Positions 12,340 through 24,735 of a DNA stretch of 64,000 nt are shown piece after piece. The notes beneath the pieces are model-generated. The model made no database searches. It worked only from the letters and a program-made list of their open reading frames with translations, and was not told the DNA's origin. Position 1 is the first letter of the stretch, and each line of letters starts with the position of its first letter. Position numbers and translations under genes: made by a program. Origin of the DNA: the human T2T-CHM13v2.0 reference genome, Homo sapiens; the NCBI RefSeq assembly GCF_009914755.1, contig NC_060939.1; one strand, written 5' to 3'.

Positions 12340-12645
12340 AATAAGCTGTTTCTTCTGCCTGGGTGTTCTTTCCACCCTCTACCTCCTCTACCCCAACATT
12401 CACATCCTGCTGCTCAGCCTGACTAATTCCTATTGGTCCTTCAGAGTTCAACTTAAACGCTTTTTCCTCTAGGAAGCACCCCCTGGCTGCCTAGACCAGG
12501 TCAGCCCTCTGGCTCTCTATCCTGAGCATGCCTGTGGCTCTATTAGGGAACAGAGATTACATCTGTCTTGTTCACCACTGTCTCTTCAGTGCCTAGCATG
12601 GCACAGGGCCATAATACCCCACAAATATCTGCTGAATGAATGAAG
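12340..12645 (+). mobile_element. L2 3' end
   Basis: gtcttgttcaccactgtctcttcagtgcctagcatggcacag...aaatatctgctgaatgaatgaa. Confidence 0.75.
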
Positions 12646-13050
12646 TCATGGCTGGAACTGTCACCATGGGGTCAACTATAGGCAGGATGCTGTCTGAGTG
12701 CTCTCAGATGGCAAGTTTGTCGGAAAAAGAATTCAAGACTCAAGTCTTAGCCACATAACGGGGAAATACAATCAGCAGTCAAGAGAAAGAGGAGACCCAA
12801 CCAGCCATCCAAAACAAGAGTGTTCAGAGGATGCCTGAAAGCTACAGGTATGGAGACAGGACAAGCTAGAGAAGCTGATCATGTTTCAGCAGGGGCAGGT
12901 GAAACACGTTAATATAAAAAATGTCAATTTTTTCAAAATTAACCCAAAGCTGGAATGCACTGTCAATCAGAGTTCTAATATTGCATTTCGGGGAATTGGA
13001 TACAATTATTTTGAAGAATGAACAAAAGAACTGATAAGAATAGTAGTAGT

Positions 13051-14008
13051 ACACCAACAACAGTCAAACCAAGAGCTAAATCAGGAACCTACTCCCATTC
13101 ACAATTGTCACAAAAAGAATAAAATACCGAGGAATACAGCTAACCAGGGAGGTTAAAAATCTCTACAAGGAAAAATGCAAAACACTGCTCAAAGAACTCA
13201 AAGGTGACACAAACAAATGGAGAAACATTTCATGCTCATGGATAGGAAGAATCAATATGATTAAAGTGGCCATACTGCCCAGAGCAATTTATAAATTCAA
13301 TGCTATTCCTATTAAACTACCATTGAGATTCTTCATAGAACTAGAAAAAACTATCTTAAATTTCATATGGAACCAAAAAAGAGCCTGAATAGCCAAGGTA
13401 ATCATAAGCAAAAAGAACAAAGCTGGAGGCATCATGCTACCTAACTTCAAACTATATTACAGGGCTACGGTAGCCAAAACAGCATGGTACTGGTACAAAA
13501 ACAGATACATAGACCAATGGTACACAATAGAGAGCCCAGAAATAGGACCGCACACCTTCAACCATTTAATCTTTGACAAACCTGACAAAAACAAGGAACG
13601 TGTAAAAGACTCTCTATTTAATAAGTGGTGCTGGGATAACTGGCTAGCCATGTATGGAAGATTGAAACTGAACCCCTTCCTTCCACCATATACAAAAATC
13701 AACTCAAGATGGATTAAAGACTTAAATGTAAAACCCAAAACTATAAAAGCTCTGGAAGATAACCTAGGCAATACCATCCTGGACATAGGTACAGGCAGAG
13801 ATTTCATGATGAAGATGCCAAAAGCAATTGCAACAAAAGCAAAAATTGACAAATGGGATCTAATTAAAGAGCTTCTGCACAGCAAAAGAAACACCAACAG
13901 AGTAAACAGACAGCCTATAGGATGGGAGAAAATTTCAGCAAACTGTGCATCTAACAAAGGTGTAATATCCAGCATCTATAAGGAACTCAAACAAATTTAC
14001 AAGAAAAA
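13051..14008 (+). mobile_element. L1PA internal ORF2 fragment lacking 3'UTR and poly(A)
   Basis: ORF 13434-14057 translates to L1 ORF2p ([28 protein letters not shown]...); L1 homology stops at aaacaaatttacaagaaaaa. Confidence 0.92.
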
Positions 14009-14202
14009 TTATGAGCTAATATTGTATATGTGCTTACACGTATGTGAAATAGTATAATGTTGATTAAAGTTTACCTCTGATAATTTATGCATACTATTAT
14101 AATTGGAAGACTATCCAAAAAAAAAAAAAAACAACTGAAAAACGACAGTAATTACTAAATAGTGAGTAGAAGAGATGAAAAGGAATACTTGGCTAATCAT
14201 AG
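14008..14202 (+). repeat. Derived copy of 9369-9559 fused to the L1PA fragment end
   Basis: Direct alignment to 9369-9559, about 93% identical. Confidence 0.93.
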
Positions 14203-14751
14203 GGTGGATGGAGAGATCAACGTTTCAAATGAACAGTAACTACAACATGTGGTATTCCTGCCTGGGCTGGTACTGTGGAAGAAACTGGAAAGCCTAGAAC
14301 AGGCCTTGGACTATGTAGGAACTTGTACAAAATAGAGGCAGCCTTGTAAATCAGCACAAGCTCTGCTGTGGGAAGGTTGGGAAAGGTGGGGATATGAGGT
14401 GAGGTTGAGAGATGAGCCACTCGGAGTATGGGATACCAGGCTGAGAATGGATGCATGGCCAAGTTCTTGTGCTGGACATGATGGGGTGATGGATTTGAGA
14501 CCTGGTAGGGGAGAGAGTCTCTTAGGGGAGAATGAGCGCTTGGAGCTAGCACCTGCTCCCACATGGCCCATGGCCCTGGTCCAAAGCCTCCTGTCTCCCT
14601 CTCAGTCAGCCTCACCTCTCTGATTAGGAGTCAAAATAGGGAGATGTAAGTGAAGATTTCAGACGTTTCTATGTATCGTAATAGGACATAGTGAAGCAGG
14701 CCGCATGTGTTTTTCTGTTACTATTTTTGCTGTTTTCCCTCTCTAATTCAG

Positions 14752-14879
14752 GTGGATTTTCCTAGAAATTGACCTATGCAGGAACAACCTTCCCATTGAA
14801 CACTGTTGACAAAAAGAACCGTGGCAATGCCATCGTCACTTCTAACATTGAGAACTCCTCTAGAATGTGCTCTTGGCTG
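14752..14879 (+). other. Candidate non-coding exon
   Basis: Polypyrimidine tract ending ttccctctctaattcAG at 14751 and donor CTG|GTAGGT at 14880; motif evidence only. Confidence 0.25.
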
Positions 14880-15249
14880 GTAGGTGCAGTGGATCATTGC
14901 AGCCATTGGAGCCCACATGAAGTTACTGATGACTGAAGTGTCCTGTGAGAGCAATGTTCTCAAGGGCATATTTCTTAAGGAATATACGTCTTGGGAAAGG
15001 GTCTAGTTTAGGTTCTGATTCTTGCTTCGCAAAATGATTTGTTGAAGACAGGTTGCTAATGGGGTACAATAACATTCTGTTCGTAGTGTTTACATTTTCT
15101 GTTTGATGTGATCAAGCTTAGATCTCCCTTTCCTTTTTTCCTTCCTTCCTTTCTTCTTAGCTACACTGTTCAAGGGATTTTTTTTTAATTATGAAATTTG
15201 CTCCAGTCTTACTACTTAAGTGGGAAAAATGCAAACACTATTTCACAAA

Positions 15250-15251
15250 GT

Positions 15252-15295
<44 letters not shown>
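15250..15295. repeat. (TG)n microsatellite
   Basis: About 22 TG units with one interruption. Confidence 0.97.
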
Positions 15296-15296
<1 letters not shown>

Positions 15297-15349
15297 GATG
15301 TCTTCAAGGAGCTTTTTTATATTAGGTAATAATGGTTGTTGATTCAATA

Positions 15350-15715
15350 GTGAAATTCAGGAGACAGAGACAATGCTTAAATTCAGTTTCAAGAGTCCAG
15401 AGTCATGTAGGAACTATCCAGGAATTAAGCGATGTGTACTAGAGAGGTATTAGTCAGGGCTAGAGATTTAAATTTGGAAGACCCTAGTGCTTAAATATTT
15501 AAGGCCCGATACGGAATAAGATTACAAAGGAGGAAAGTGTAGATAGAGAAGAAAAAGGAGCTCAACACGGAGTCCTGGGTGCTTGAATATTCATAGGTTA
15601 AGAAAAGCAGAACCAAAAAAAACTCTGTCTAGCTCAGGGTTGAGGACTACATTAGAATTATAAATCTGAGAGTGATCAATATAGAGATATTTGAGTCCAA
15701 GGGAATGAATGAAGG
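15350..15715 (-). mobile_element. L2 fragment
   Basis: gggctagagatttaaatttggaagac...gtgtagatagagaagaaaaagg antisense L2 motifs. Confidence 0.55.
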
Positions 15716-15719
15716 TACT

Positions 15720-16092
15720 TTCAATTAGTTTAAGTTAGATACAGTAACACATAGCCCCCAGATCTCGGCAGCTCAAACCACAAAGGTTTATTTTCTGCTC
15801 CTGGTGCACAGGGAAGTCAGGGCTTGCTACATGCCATTCTCCTCCAGGCTGATGGAGCACTGCCATCAGGAGGTCACCAGGCTTAGGGGCAGGAGGAAGA
15901 GAAGGACTGGAGAGGTAAGCACTGGCAATTAAATGCATCCACTTAAAATGACACCTGCCACTTATATTTCATTGGTCAAAGCAAGTTACAGATCCACGTG
16001 TATCTTTGGGGAGGCCAGGAGCTGCAATTCTTCTGAGAGCCCAGAAGCAGAAGAAAAGTGGATATTAGTGAACAGTTTTAATGCCAACCACA
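15720..16092 (-). mobile_element. MLT1 (K/L-like) MaLR LTR
   Basis: aaaccacaaaggtttattttctgctc; catttcattggtcaaagcaagttaca-like; terminal accaca. Confidence 0.7.
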
Positions 16093-17130
16093 GTCTACCC
16101 TTTTGGTCACCGAATATTTGATTCAGTCTTTTTGGTACACAAATATCAAAGGTAGTGGGAGACATCCTAAAGTCTCATCAGCCTCAAAGTCACGGGCTTC
16201 TGCGTGATGCCCAGTGGTCTCTTTGTAAGATGCAGATATAGCTTCTTTGAGTCTGGAGACCCATGGGCTAAATAAAAGAACAAGTTAGCTGATACCACAC
16301 AACCATACAGTCACACCCACACAACAACATGCAGTAGTAGAACAGGAACGGAATAACTGGAGACAGGTGACTGTCAATGGCCATAGAAACCCTGAAATTC
16401 CACTGGGCAGAGGCTGTGAGGTCCCATCACCCTTGGTCGTTCAGTTTCCCAGCAGGGCAGGGGCTTCACCGTTTCCTACTCTCCTGGCCTTGGCCCCTCT
16501 TTGGAGCATAGGGCACTAAAGAGACCGTGGCATCCTTGCAAGGTGGCAGCTTTCTCAGCCTGCTTCCTACCTGTAGTCATGGGGGATCTCTGGGCTCATT
16601 TTGTGTCTGGAGCAGTCCCAGGTCTCTGCTACATGAGGCTTCCGATCCCTCTGCCCCGCAATCGCTCATAGCACAGAGGCTTGGAATCTGGTGGTTCCTT
16701 ATCAGCTGCAGGTGCCAGTTGCCATCCACATTCCTCTTGGAGATTTCAGATAAGTGGCATTTCTTTGCTTTCGTGCCCCCAACCCCTGCCCCCTCTTGAC
16801 TTAATTGTAGCTGGCTTCAGCAGGAGGACCTACCCTTAAGCTCTTTTCCCTAAAACATCATGTCTAGTTTTTCCACTGTGTGTGAGTCAGCCTTCGAACA
16901 ACCATAATCCAGGGAACATTCCTTCAGGTAAAGGCTGGATGGTCCTTTCACATTGGTTTCAGGACCCCAGCACTCCTGCCCTTGTATTCTGACTGTGAAA
17001 GATGCGATCTCAGGTGTGTGAGAGCAACTGCATGGCTCAGCTTCTATGTATGCCCCCATTCTGTGAGTAGCAGAAACAATCCCAGTTCCTTGAAGCCCCA
17101 CTCCAGCTTCTATCACCCATTCCTATCTCC
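16093..17130 (-). mobile_element. MaLR (MLT1) internal sequence
   Basis: Directly abuts the LTR; aaagtctcatc, ctggagacccatgggctaaa...acaagttagctg and ctgaaattccactgggcag MaLR-int motifs. Confidence 0.5.
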
Positions 17131-17139
17131 TTAGGATTG

Positions 17140-18150
17140 CATCAAAGGCATATTGTGTATGATAAATGTGGTATTTCAAATCAGTGATGAAGGACAGATC
17201 ATGTAACTGTGTAGCAACACTTGGTCATCCATGTGAAAGCAATTCACTAGGGAAACCCTTTACCATTTGCAAATGTTACTTCCAGATGTATTAAAGTGTG
17301 AACGTTTAGGAGAAAAATAACCCCAAGAACTATTACAAGGAGATATCAGAGAATAGTATTTATTTTACGGGAAGAATTTTCTAAGCAAACCCAAAACCCC
17401 GCAAGCCATAGAAGAGAAACAGCACAGATTTTATTTCATTAAATTTTCAACTTCTGTAGGGAAAATCATTTTTTAATATGAAAAGACAAGCCACCAGTGA
17501 TAATATAATGCCCTTAATACACAGAGTGCCTCAGATCAATAAGAAAAATGAGCAAGTAAAATTAATCAGGAAATATATACATAGGCAGTTCACCAAAGAA
17601 GAAATATAAATAGCCCATAAACATGTGAAAAGTTAACCAGCTCCGTGAGTAGAGGAGAGCCAATTAACAACAACAACAAAACTCTGAGGTACCACGTTTT
17701 ACTTACTATGTTGGTAAACAAAATAATAAAGATGTCCAGTCTTGGCGAGGGTGTGGGGAGACGGCACTCACCTGGCTAGTGACTGGTGATGCGTTACTTG
17801 GTATATGGTCCTTGAAGGACAATATGGCGGTCTCTGTCTAAATTTTGCAATTCCATTTTGACCCAGCAACTCCACTTGCAGGATTTTTTTTCTACAGCAA
17901 CTTCTGCCTCTGCAGGCTGAGAGAGTCAGACAAGTGTCCCAATTTTACTTTTGTTTTGTAATAGGAAGACAAAGCCCATGAAACAAAAATGGTTAAAGGA
18001 ATCACAGTACATGTACACAAGGGAAAGCAATGCAGCAAGTCGGGGGAAATGAACTAGCTCTCTCTGGTGACACAGAGAAATATCTATGGCATAGGAAAAA
18101 CAAATCACCCAAGAACATATCATATGATCTTAATTATATCATTGAAAAAG
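17140..18150 (+). mobile_element. Degenerate L1ME ORF2/3' fragment
   Basis: ataggcagttcaccaaagaagaaatataaatagcc; ccattttgacccagcaactccactt. Confidence 0.6.
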
Positions 18151-19669
18151 TTGAGGGCTTGAGTGTCAAGGGAAAGTCCAGAAGGATGTATGACTTGCGT
18201 TTCCTTCTCTCGGCAAGGCTGGCCTCCGAGATGAAGTGGCCAAATTTCATGGGCAAAGGGAGAGGGTAGGGCAGGGGTGAGGGGGTGGGGAGTGGTACAT
18301 ATACTTTCAGAAGGCGGCAGGGCAATTGTGCCCCATGTAGCACTGGCACCACAAGCAAGGGCAGATTGTGTGTTGAGGTGGGGCAGCACCTCCAGAGCCG
18401 TGCCATCAGCTGAATAGTTGGCTGGCAGGCCTCCGGGCCTCCTCCCAAAAGCTTCAATCCCTTGCCACGCAGCCATCCTGAGTTCTCAGGCTCTGCAGGA
18501 GCTCCCCTCCTTTCTGGCTGGGCTCCAGGTCCTTGCCTCCTTCACCTCCTTGCCCTCCTGCATCCTATCTTCCACTCTCCTGACTTCTGCCCCATGGTCC
18601 TCATGGTGGAATCACTGTCCTAGCTAGTAGGAAGGACTGCTGGTCATCTTTCCAGCAACGCTGAGGCACTCCTGAGGGCTCCAGCCAGCAACATCTTCCC
18701 TGCTCTCTTCCTATCCACACTGCTATCAGGGGGCTAAGGGGATTTGGGTCACAGCTGCTCAGGCAATCAGACAGGCCAGGGACTCAGAACTTTCCTTTTT
18801 GACAGCCAATTGGAAATCCCATGGCCTCTGCGTGTATCGCTGTCTCTGGGATGTAATCTTATATTGTCTAGGCCTGTTTTGCCAACTGTAAGACCACGAA
18901 GTGGACAAGGACCACTGTGCTAGGGACCTTTCAACCCAAACATCCTGCAGCCCAGCCTGGCTCATTAGCAGTTCCTCCCGGGCCCCGGGTGGTGGCAACT
19001 CTGCTGACTCTGGTCACTCCCTGGGCCGCAGTGGTCCTGCCTGCATTCCATCCATCTTCAAACCAGCATCCCCAGGCCTCTTTCTGTGATGAACCTTGTC
19101 TCCCTGACAGGGCCACCATTCCATGCAAACTGTCACTCCATGCCACGTGGCTATGCATTGAAACTGGCAGTGCATTCAGGAGTGTGTTTGCAAACCTGCG
19201 ATTTCCAGCCAGTGAGAGTGTTTGGAGTCAGTGGGCACCCATGTCTGTTCTGTGAGAAGCTGCCCATTTTCTGAGAGATCCATGAATATCTACCAAGAAG
19301 TCTTGTGTAATGGCCATAGAATATATACCTGTGTGGACCTGGACAGCTTGGTTTTCTCTAGATGGGAGCTGTGGCAGGCTTGGAAACTTCAGGGCCATTC
19401 CTGCGTGGCTGAGGTGAGGAGGGACTGACTGTGTCCATACCAATCAGAGCTCATCCTACACCCTCTCCCAGTCCCTGCCAGAGATTCCCTTGACCTCAGA
19501 GGGATCGGGGGCCCTTCACTCCCTATGGTATGTCTGGCTCAATAACCAGAACCTGCAAGGGCTGATGAGGCTGTGCCACAGACTGTGTGCCACTGTGACT
19601 TCATGGCACAGTCCTGGCAGATCTTCCCTTAGTCTAAGTTCACACAAGCAGACCCCGCCTCTTCTCCTT

Positions 19670-19800
19670 CAGTTATTTATCCATTCCCTCAGGCAGGCAG
19701 GCAGCAGAGTTTTATTGAGCACCGGCTTCGAGCCAGATGCTGCACTGGGCATCGGGAATTCAGTGAAAAAGATGCAGTCCCTGGCCTAGGAGCCTGGGTC
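19670..19800 (-). mobile_element. L2 3' end fragment
   Basis: ttttattgagcacc...gccagatgctgcactgggcatcgggaattcagtg. Confidence 0.55.
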
Positions 19801-20497
19801 CGATGCGGAGGCTGCTGTGCAGCACATTTGCCTTCAGTCCCGTGACACAGCCAGGCTGTGAGGAGCAGGCATCCCTGGTCTTCTCTGTGGGATACACTTT
19901 CATGGTTTTTCAATGGTCTTCATTTATTTAAGGTAAAATTTTAATTTTATGGGCAGAAAAAGGAAACCAACTGTTGATCACGTTGATTTAGAAATGATTA
20001 CATTGTTTTCTATTAGACAGAGTTCTTAATGTCTTTCTCAAAAGATGGAGGAGGAAATGAGTGATAGGGCTTTGTCTTTTTTACTTGATTTTCAACTCAT
20101 TCCTTAAAAATGCTTGAAAAGGCTAACTGTGGCTGAAGACCACTGTAAGGGAGGAGAAAGCAAAACCTGCATTGACGAAGGAAAGGCAGCATCTCTGGCG
20201 GAAATTAATCACCTAAGCCACCTACTATGACTGCACAGGAGACAAGTGGTGGCCCAAAGGCTCTGTGTGTTTACAGTGTGGACATTTGAAGCAGCATCAG
20301 CATGGCCTTCACACAAACCTCATGATACTGTTCTAATGCCTTCTCCCCAGTTGTAAACCATCTGCTGCCTTGTACTGAAATATTGCACCCTGCTGACCTC
20401 AAAAGCAACAAGCATTCATGTACACACACACTGCGTATCCAGACATATAGATACATAGATGTGTGCATGCAGCATACACACTGATTACATAGAGGTA

Positions 20498-21399
20498 CAG
20501 TCATGTGTTGCTTGACCACAGGGATACAATCTGAGAAATACGTTTAGGTGATTTTGTCATTGTGTGAACATCGTAGAGTGTGCTTGTACAAACCTAGATG
20601 GCATAGCCTACTACATGCCTAGGCTATGTGGTATAGCCTGTTGCTCCCAAGCTACAAACCTGTACAGAATGTTGCTGTACTGAATACTACAGGCAACTAT
20701 AACACAATGGTAAGTATGTGTGTTTCTAAACTTAGAAAAGGTATAGTAAAAATACAGCGTAAAAGATAAAAATGGTATACCTGTCTAGGGCACTTACCAT
20801 GGATGGAGCTTGCAGGACTGGGAGCTGCTCTGGGTGAGTCAGTGAGTGAGCGGTGAATGTGAAGGCCAGGGTGGTGAATGTGAAGGCCAGGACATTACAC
20901 TGCTGTAGACTTTAGAAACACTGTGCCCTTAGGCTGCACTAAATTTATTTTTAAAAATTAAGTTACTGTCCAGGTGCGGTGGCTCACGCCTGTAATCCCA
21001 GCACTTTGGGAGGCCGAGGCGGGCAGATCACGAGGTCAGGAGATCGAGAGCATCCTGGCTAACACAGTGAAACCCCATCTCTACTAAAAATACAAAAAAT
21101 TAGCCAGGCGAGGTGGCGGGCGCCTGTAGTCCCAGCTACTCGGGAGGCTGAGGCAGGAGAATGGTGTGAACCCCGGGGGGCAGAGCCTGCAGTGAGCTGA
21201 GAGCGCGCCACTGCACTCCAGCCTGGGCGACAGCGAGACTCCGTCTCAAAAAAAAAAAAAAATGAAGTTACTGTGCCATGATGTTATCAACAGCTATGAT
21301 GTCACTAGGTGATGAGAATTTTTCATTATAATCTGATAGGACCACCATTGTATATGCAGACCATTGACTGGAACATCATGATCTATCTGCACATGACTG
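20498..21399. mobile_element. Tigger3-family (TcMar-Tigger) DNA transposon, interrupted by AluYe5
   Basis: TIRs cagtcatgtg...cacatgactg with TA duplication at 20496-20497 and 21400-21401. Confidence 0.88.
20968..21262 (+). mobile_element. AluYe5-type young Alu
   Basis: Diagnostic gcgAggtggcggg, ccccggggggg, gagcCtgcag and gacagcgagact; TSD aagttactgt. Confidence 0.85.
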
Positions 21400-21699
21400 T
21401 AAATAACAACTATTGGATGTGGCACAGATGGAAGCTACATAAACACTCTATACAATATGGCCAATTCACCGGGCTCCCTGTTAGTCTTGTGAGCAATTTT
21501 AAACTCTTCCACGATTCTTTCTCTGCTTTGGAGTGTTTCAATTAATTCTCCATTATATTACAATTTACATTTTTATTAAGCCTTTACAGAGAGCAGCTGA
21601 ATTTCTTAATTATTTTGTCAATACAAATTATATTAGCGTTTAAGCTTAAAAGGGAAAAAATATAGTATATATGTGTCATATATTGAAGCACCAGGAAAC

Positions 21700-22380
21700 T
21701 TGAGGAAGGGGACATGGGCTATCCCCAGACGGGGAGGATGGTCGAGGCCTGAGGCTGGAGTGTGTATGGTCAGAGGGGTGAGGGGACACTTTCAGGGAGT
21801 AGCCAGAGGGAGTGTGCTGGTGGGGAGAAAGGGAGAGGAAGTAGTTTATATCAGAGAGGAACAGGATATCACATCATTCAGAGCATTGTAAGATGTGGTA
21901 GGACTTGGCTTTTCTTCAGAGTAAGATGTGATGTCATTGGAGAGGCCTGGGCAGAGGGACTTAATCCAGTTCAGTTTAACAAGATCACCGTGGCTGGTGT
22001 TTGAAAACCAGAAGTCAGCGTGGCAGGGCAGGGACGCTGGCAAGGAGAGAGCTGCAGTATTGCAAGGGAGGAATGACAGTGCTGGGCAAGGATGGTGGCA
22101 GAGGAACAGTGCCAAGAGGAGGGCTGTCTCTTCAAATTATATTTAGAACCCAACAGGACTTGCTGATCGGCCAGATGCAGGTGTCAAAAATGTTAAAGTT
22201 GACTCCTGCATCTTTGGTCTGAACAAATGGAAGCTTGAGGTTGCCCTGATCAGAGATGTGGAAGATTACAGGAGAGTTTGATTTGCAAGGAAATACCAGC
22301 CTCTCTGCAGCTGAGTTTTGGCATGTTTACTTTCAGATGTGCATTACATGTCCAAGTTCTTGAGAAAATAAGGGAGTATG
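21700..22380 (-). mobile_element. L2 fragment
   Basis: ggacttggctttttcttcagagtaagatgtg; gagttttggcatgtttactttcagatg. Confidence 0.65.
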
Positions 22381-22421
22381 TTGTAGCCAACAATGAAGGA
22401 GGGATTTCAAACATAATGCAT

Positions 22422-22578
22422 GGGCGAGCAATGGTGGTGCACGCCTGTGATCCCAGCACTTTGGGAGACTGAGGATCGCTTGAGTGCAGGAGTTCAAGGC
22501 TGCAGTGAATTGTGATTGCACTACCGCACTCCAGCCTGGGCAACAGAATAAGACTCTGTCTCTAAAATAAAAATAAAA
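22422..22578 (+). mobile_element. Free Alu monomer (FRAM/FAM-like)
   Basis: Single right-arm-type monomer with A-tail; TSD aaacataatgc at 22409-22419 and 22576-22586. Confidence 0.8.
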
Positions 22579-22764
22579 CATAATGCCAGAACTTTCATGA
22601 ATGTGAACCAATAATGCATTTCTCAGTAATGTAAAACAATGGGAAAAAATGACCAAAGATATAGATCCCAACAACAAAGTGATGAGACTCTATCTAATAG
22701 AAGCCTGTAGAATAGCAGGTTATATAAAGTCAGAGGGTTTACACAGTTTTTTTTTTTTTTCCTA

Positions 22765-23110
22765 ATCACTTATTCAGCATACATGTATTGAGTTCCTCAT
22801 GTGGACCAGGGAGGTGCCTTAGAAGGATAATAAAGAAATGTGAATCACAAACCAACTGCTTATAAGCCTAAACAAACAAGCACAGTGCACAGTCCGTGAT
22901 AACAATGGAGTCATGTGGTAGCAGCAAGATTTGGGACGGGAACATGAGAAGTTGGGGAAAGCTTCTAAGGGGGCTGTTTAACAAGTGCTGGGAATTATCC
23001 AGCGAATAAGTGGGTGGTGCCATCAGAAGAGCTGCAGAGAAGCATGATGTGTTTGCAGAACTAGCACTTCAGGAAAAAACAAGTGGCCAAAGAGTGATGG
23101 GGCTTGTGTG
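22765..23110 (-). mobile_element. L2 3' fragment
   Basis: cacttattcagcatacatgtattgagttcctcatgtggaccagg. Confidence 0.5.
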
Positions 23111-23119
23111 ATGAGCACT

Positions 23120-24735
23120 GGGACAATTTGAGCCTCAAACTACTAATTATAGTAACAGGTGATTATTTATTAAATAGGTGATGATTCTTAAGAAAAATGC
23201 ATATGTTTGTATTAAAAGAAAGAAATGGATGAATAGAGAAATAAGTGGGGGAGAAGGGAAAGTGCTTTCTTATAGTGGAGTGTCAGCTAATAAATGTAGG
23301 AGAAAGGAAGGAAATAGAAAGTCACCATTTGATGACCACCAAGTTTTAATTGTTGCAAACAGAAATTTCATTGCATGCTAAAACCAATGGGGGAGAAATT
23401 CAATGAGAAACAGAATATTTACAAAGAGTATATCTCTGCAAGATACAAACACAAAAATAGTAACTATTTAGGGGTGGGACCTGATGCACATCACCTTAGC
23501 CAAGAGATCAACATAAGCATCATCAACATGGACCAAGTAGACATGATTTGTCCCTGATATGGTTCACAGGGGACAGAGCATCACTTCCACAGTGTTCCTG
23601 CCAGAAATACACAACAGAGTCTAATCATGAGGCCTCACAGGGCAGACCCAGACTGGGGACATTCTACCCTAAGTAGGGTATCAGGGTTGCAGAATGATAG
23701 ACTGAGCCCTGCGCAAGGATACCATCTCACACCAGTTAGAATGGTGATCATTAAAAAGTCAGGAAACAACAGATGCTGGAGAGGATTTGGAGAAATAGGA
23801 ATGCTTTTACACTGTTGGTGGGAATGTAAATTAGTTCAACCATTGTGGAAGACAGTGTGGCAATTCCTCAAGGATCTAGAACTAGAAATACCATTTGACC
23901 CAGCAATCCCATTACTGGGTATACACCCAAAGGTATATAAATCATTCTACTATAAAGACACATGCACATGTATGTTTATTGCAGCACTGTTCACAATAGC
24001 AAAGACTTGGGACCAACCCAAATGCCTATCAATGATAGATTGGATAAAGAAAATGTGGCACATATACACCATGGAATACTATGCAGCCATGAAAAAGGAT
24101 GAGTTCATGTCCTTTGTAGGGACATGGATGAAGCTGGAAACCATCATTTTCAGCAAACTAACACAGGAACAGAAAACCAAATATTGCATGTTCTCACTCA
24201 TAAGTGGGAGTTGAACAATGAGAACACATGGACGCAGGGAGGGGAACATCACACACTGGGGCCTGTTGGGAATTGGGGGCCGAGGGGAGGGATAACATTA
24301 GGAGAAATACCTAATGTAGGTGACGGGTTGATGGGTGCAGCAAACCACCATGGCACGTGTATACCTATGTAACAAACCTGCACCTTCTGCACATGTATCC
24401 CAGAACTTAGAGTATAATAAAAATTTTTTAAAAGAAAATAAGGTGATAGACTGAGAAACTGTTTCAGATTTTCAAAAACTAGATTAGAAACATGAAAACG
24501 AAATGCAATGTGGGATCTTGGACAGAAAACAACCATTTTGTTACAAAGGACATTGTTGGGACAATGGATGAAACCTGAATAGTATCTGTAGAACAGACTC
24601 GTATGTGGAGAGAATGATAAATGTAAAACTTTAACCTTCGAGGGGCTCTAGTTGTGAGGTATGTAGGAATTCTGTATACTATTTTTGCAAGTTTTCTATA
24701 TATCTGAAATTATTTCAAAATAAAATTTTAAATAA
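23120..24735 (+). mobile_element. L1MC/MD 3'UTR host element, interrupted by L1PA
   Basis: gacagagcatcacttccacagtgttcctgccag; tatatctgaaattatttcaaaataaaa end. Confidence 0.65.
23718..24438 (+). mobile_element. L1PA (PA6/7-like) 5'-truncated 3' end
   Basis: ORF2 C-terminus ([22 protein letters not shown]...MFSLISGS), 3'UTR and A-tail; direct repeat tgatagactgag at 23695-23706 and 24444-24455. Confidence 0.95.

Noticed and set aside
13434-14057. 207-aa ORF
   Set aside because: It is an L1 ORF2 remnant that frameshifts and runs into the duplicated segment, not a host gene.
20852-20891. 21-bp-period tandem repeat in Tigger3 (similar small ones at about 6657, 48692 and 51010)
   Set aside because: Ordinary slippage micro-duplications with no further structure.
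23627-24214. 195-aa ORF
   Set aside because: It is the L1PA ORF2 C-terminus fused by chance to upstream L1MC sequence.
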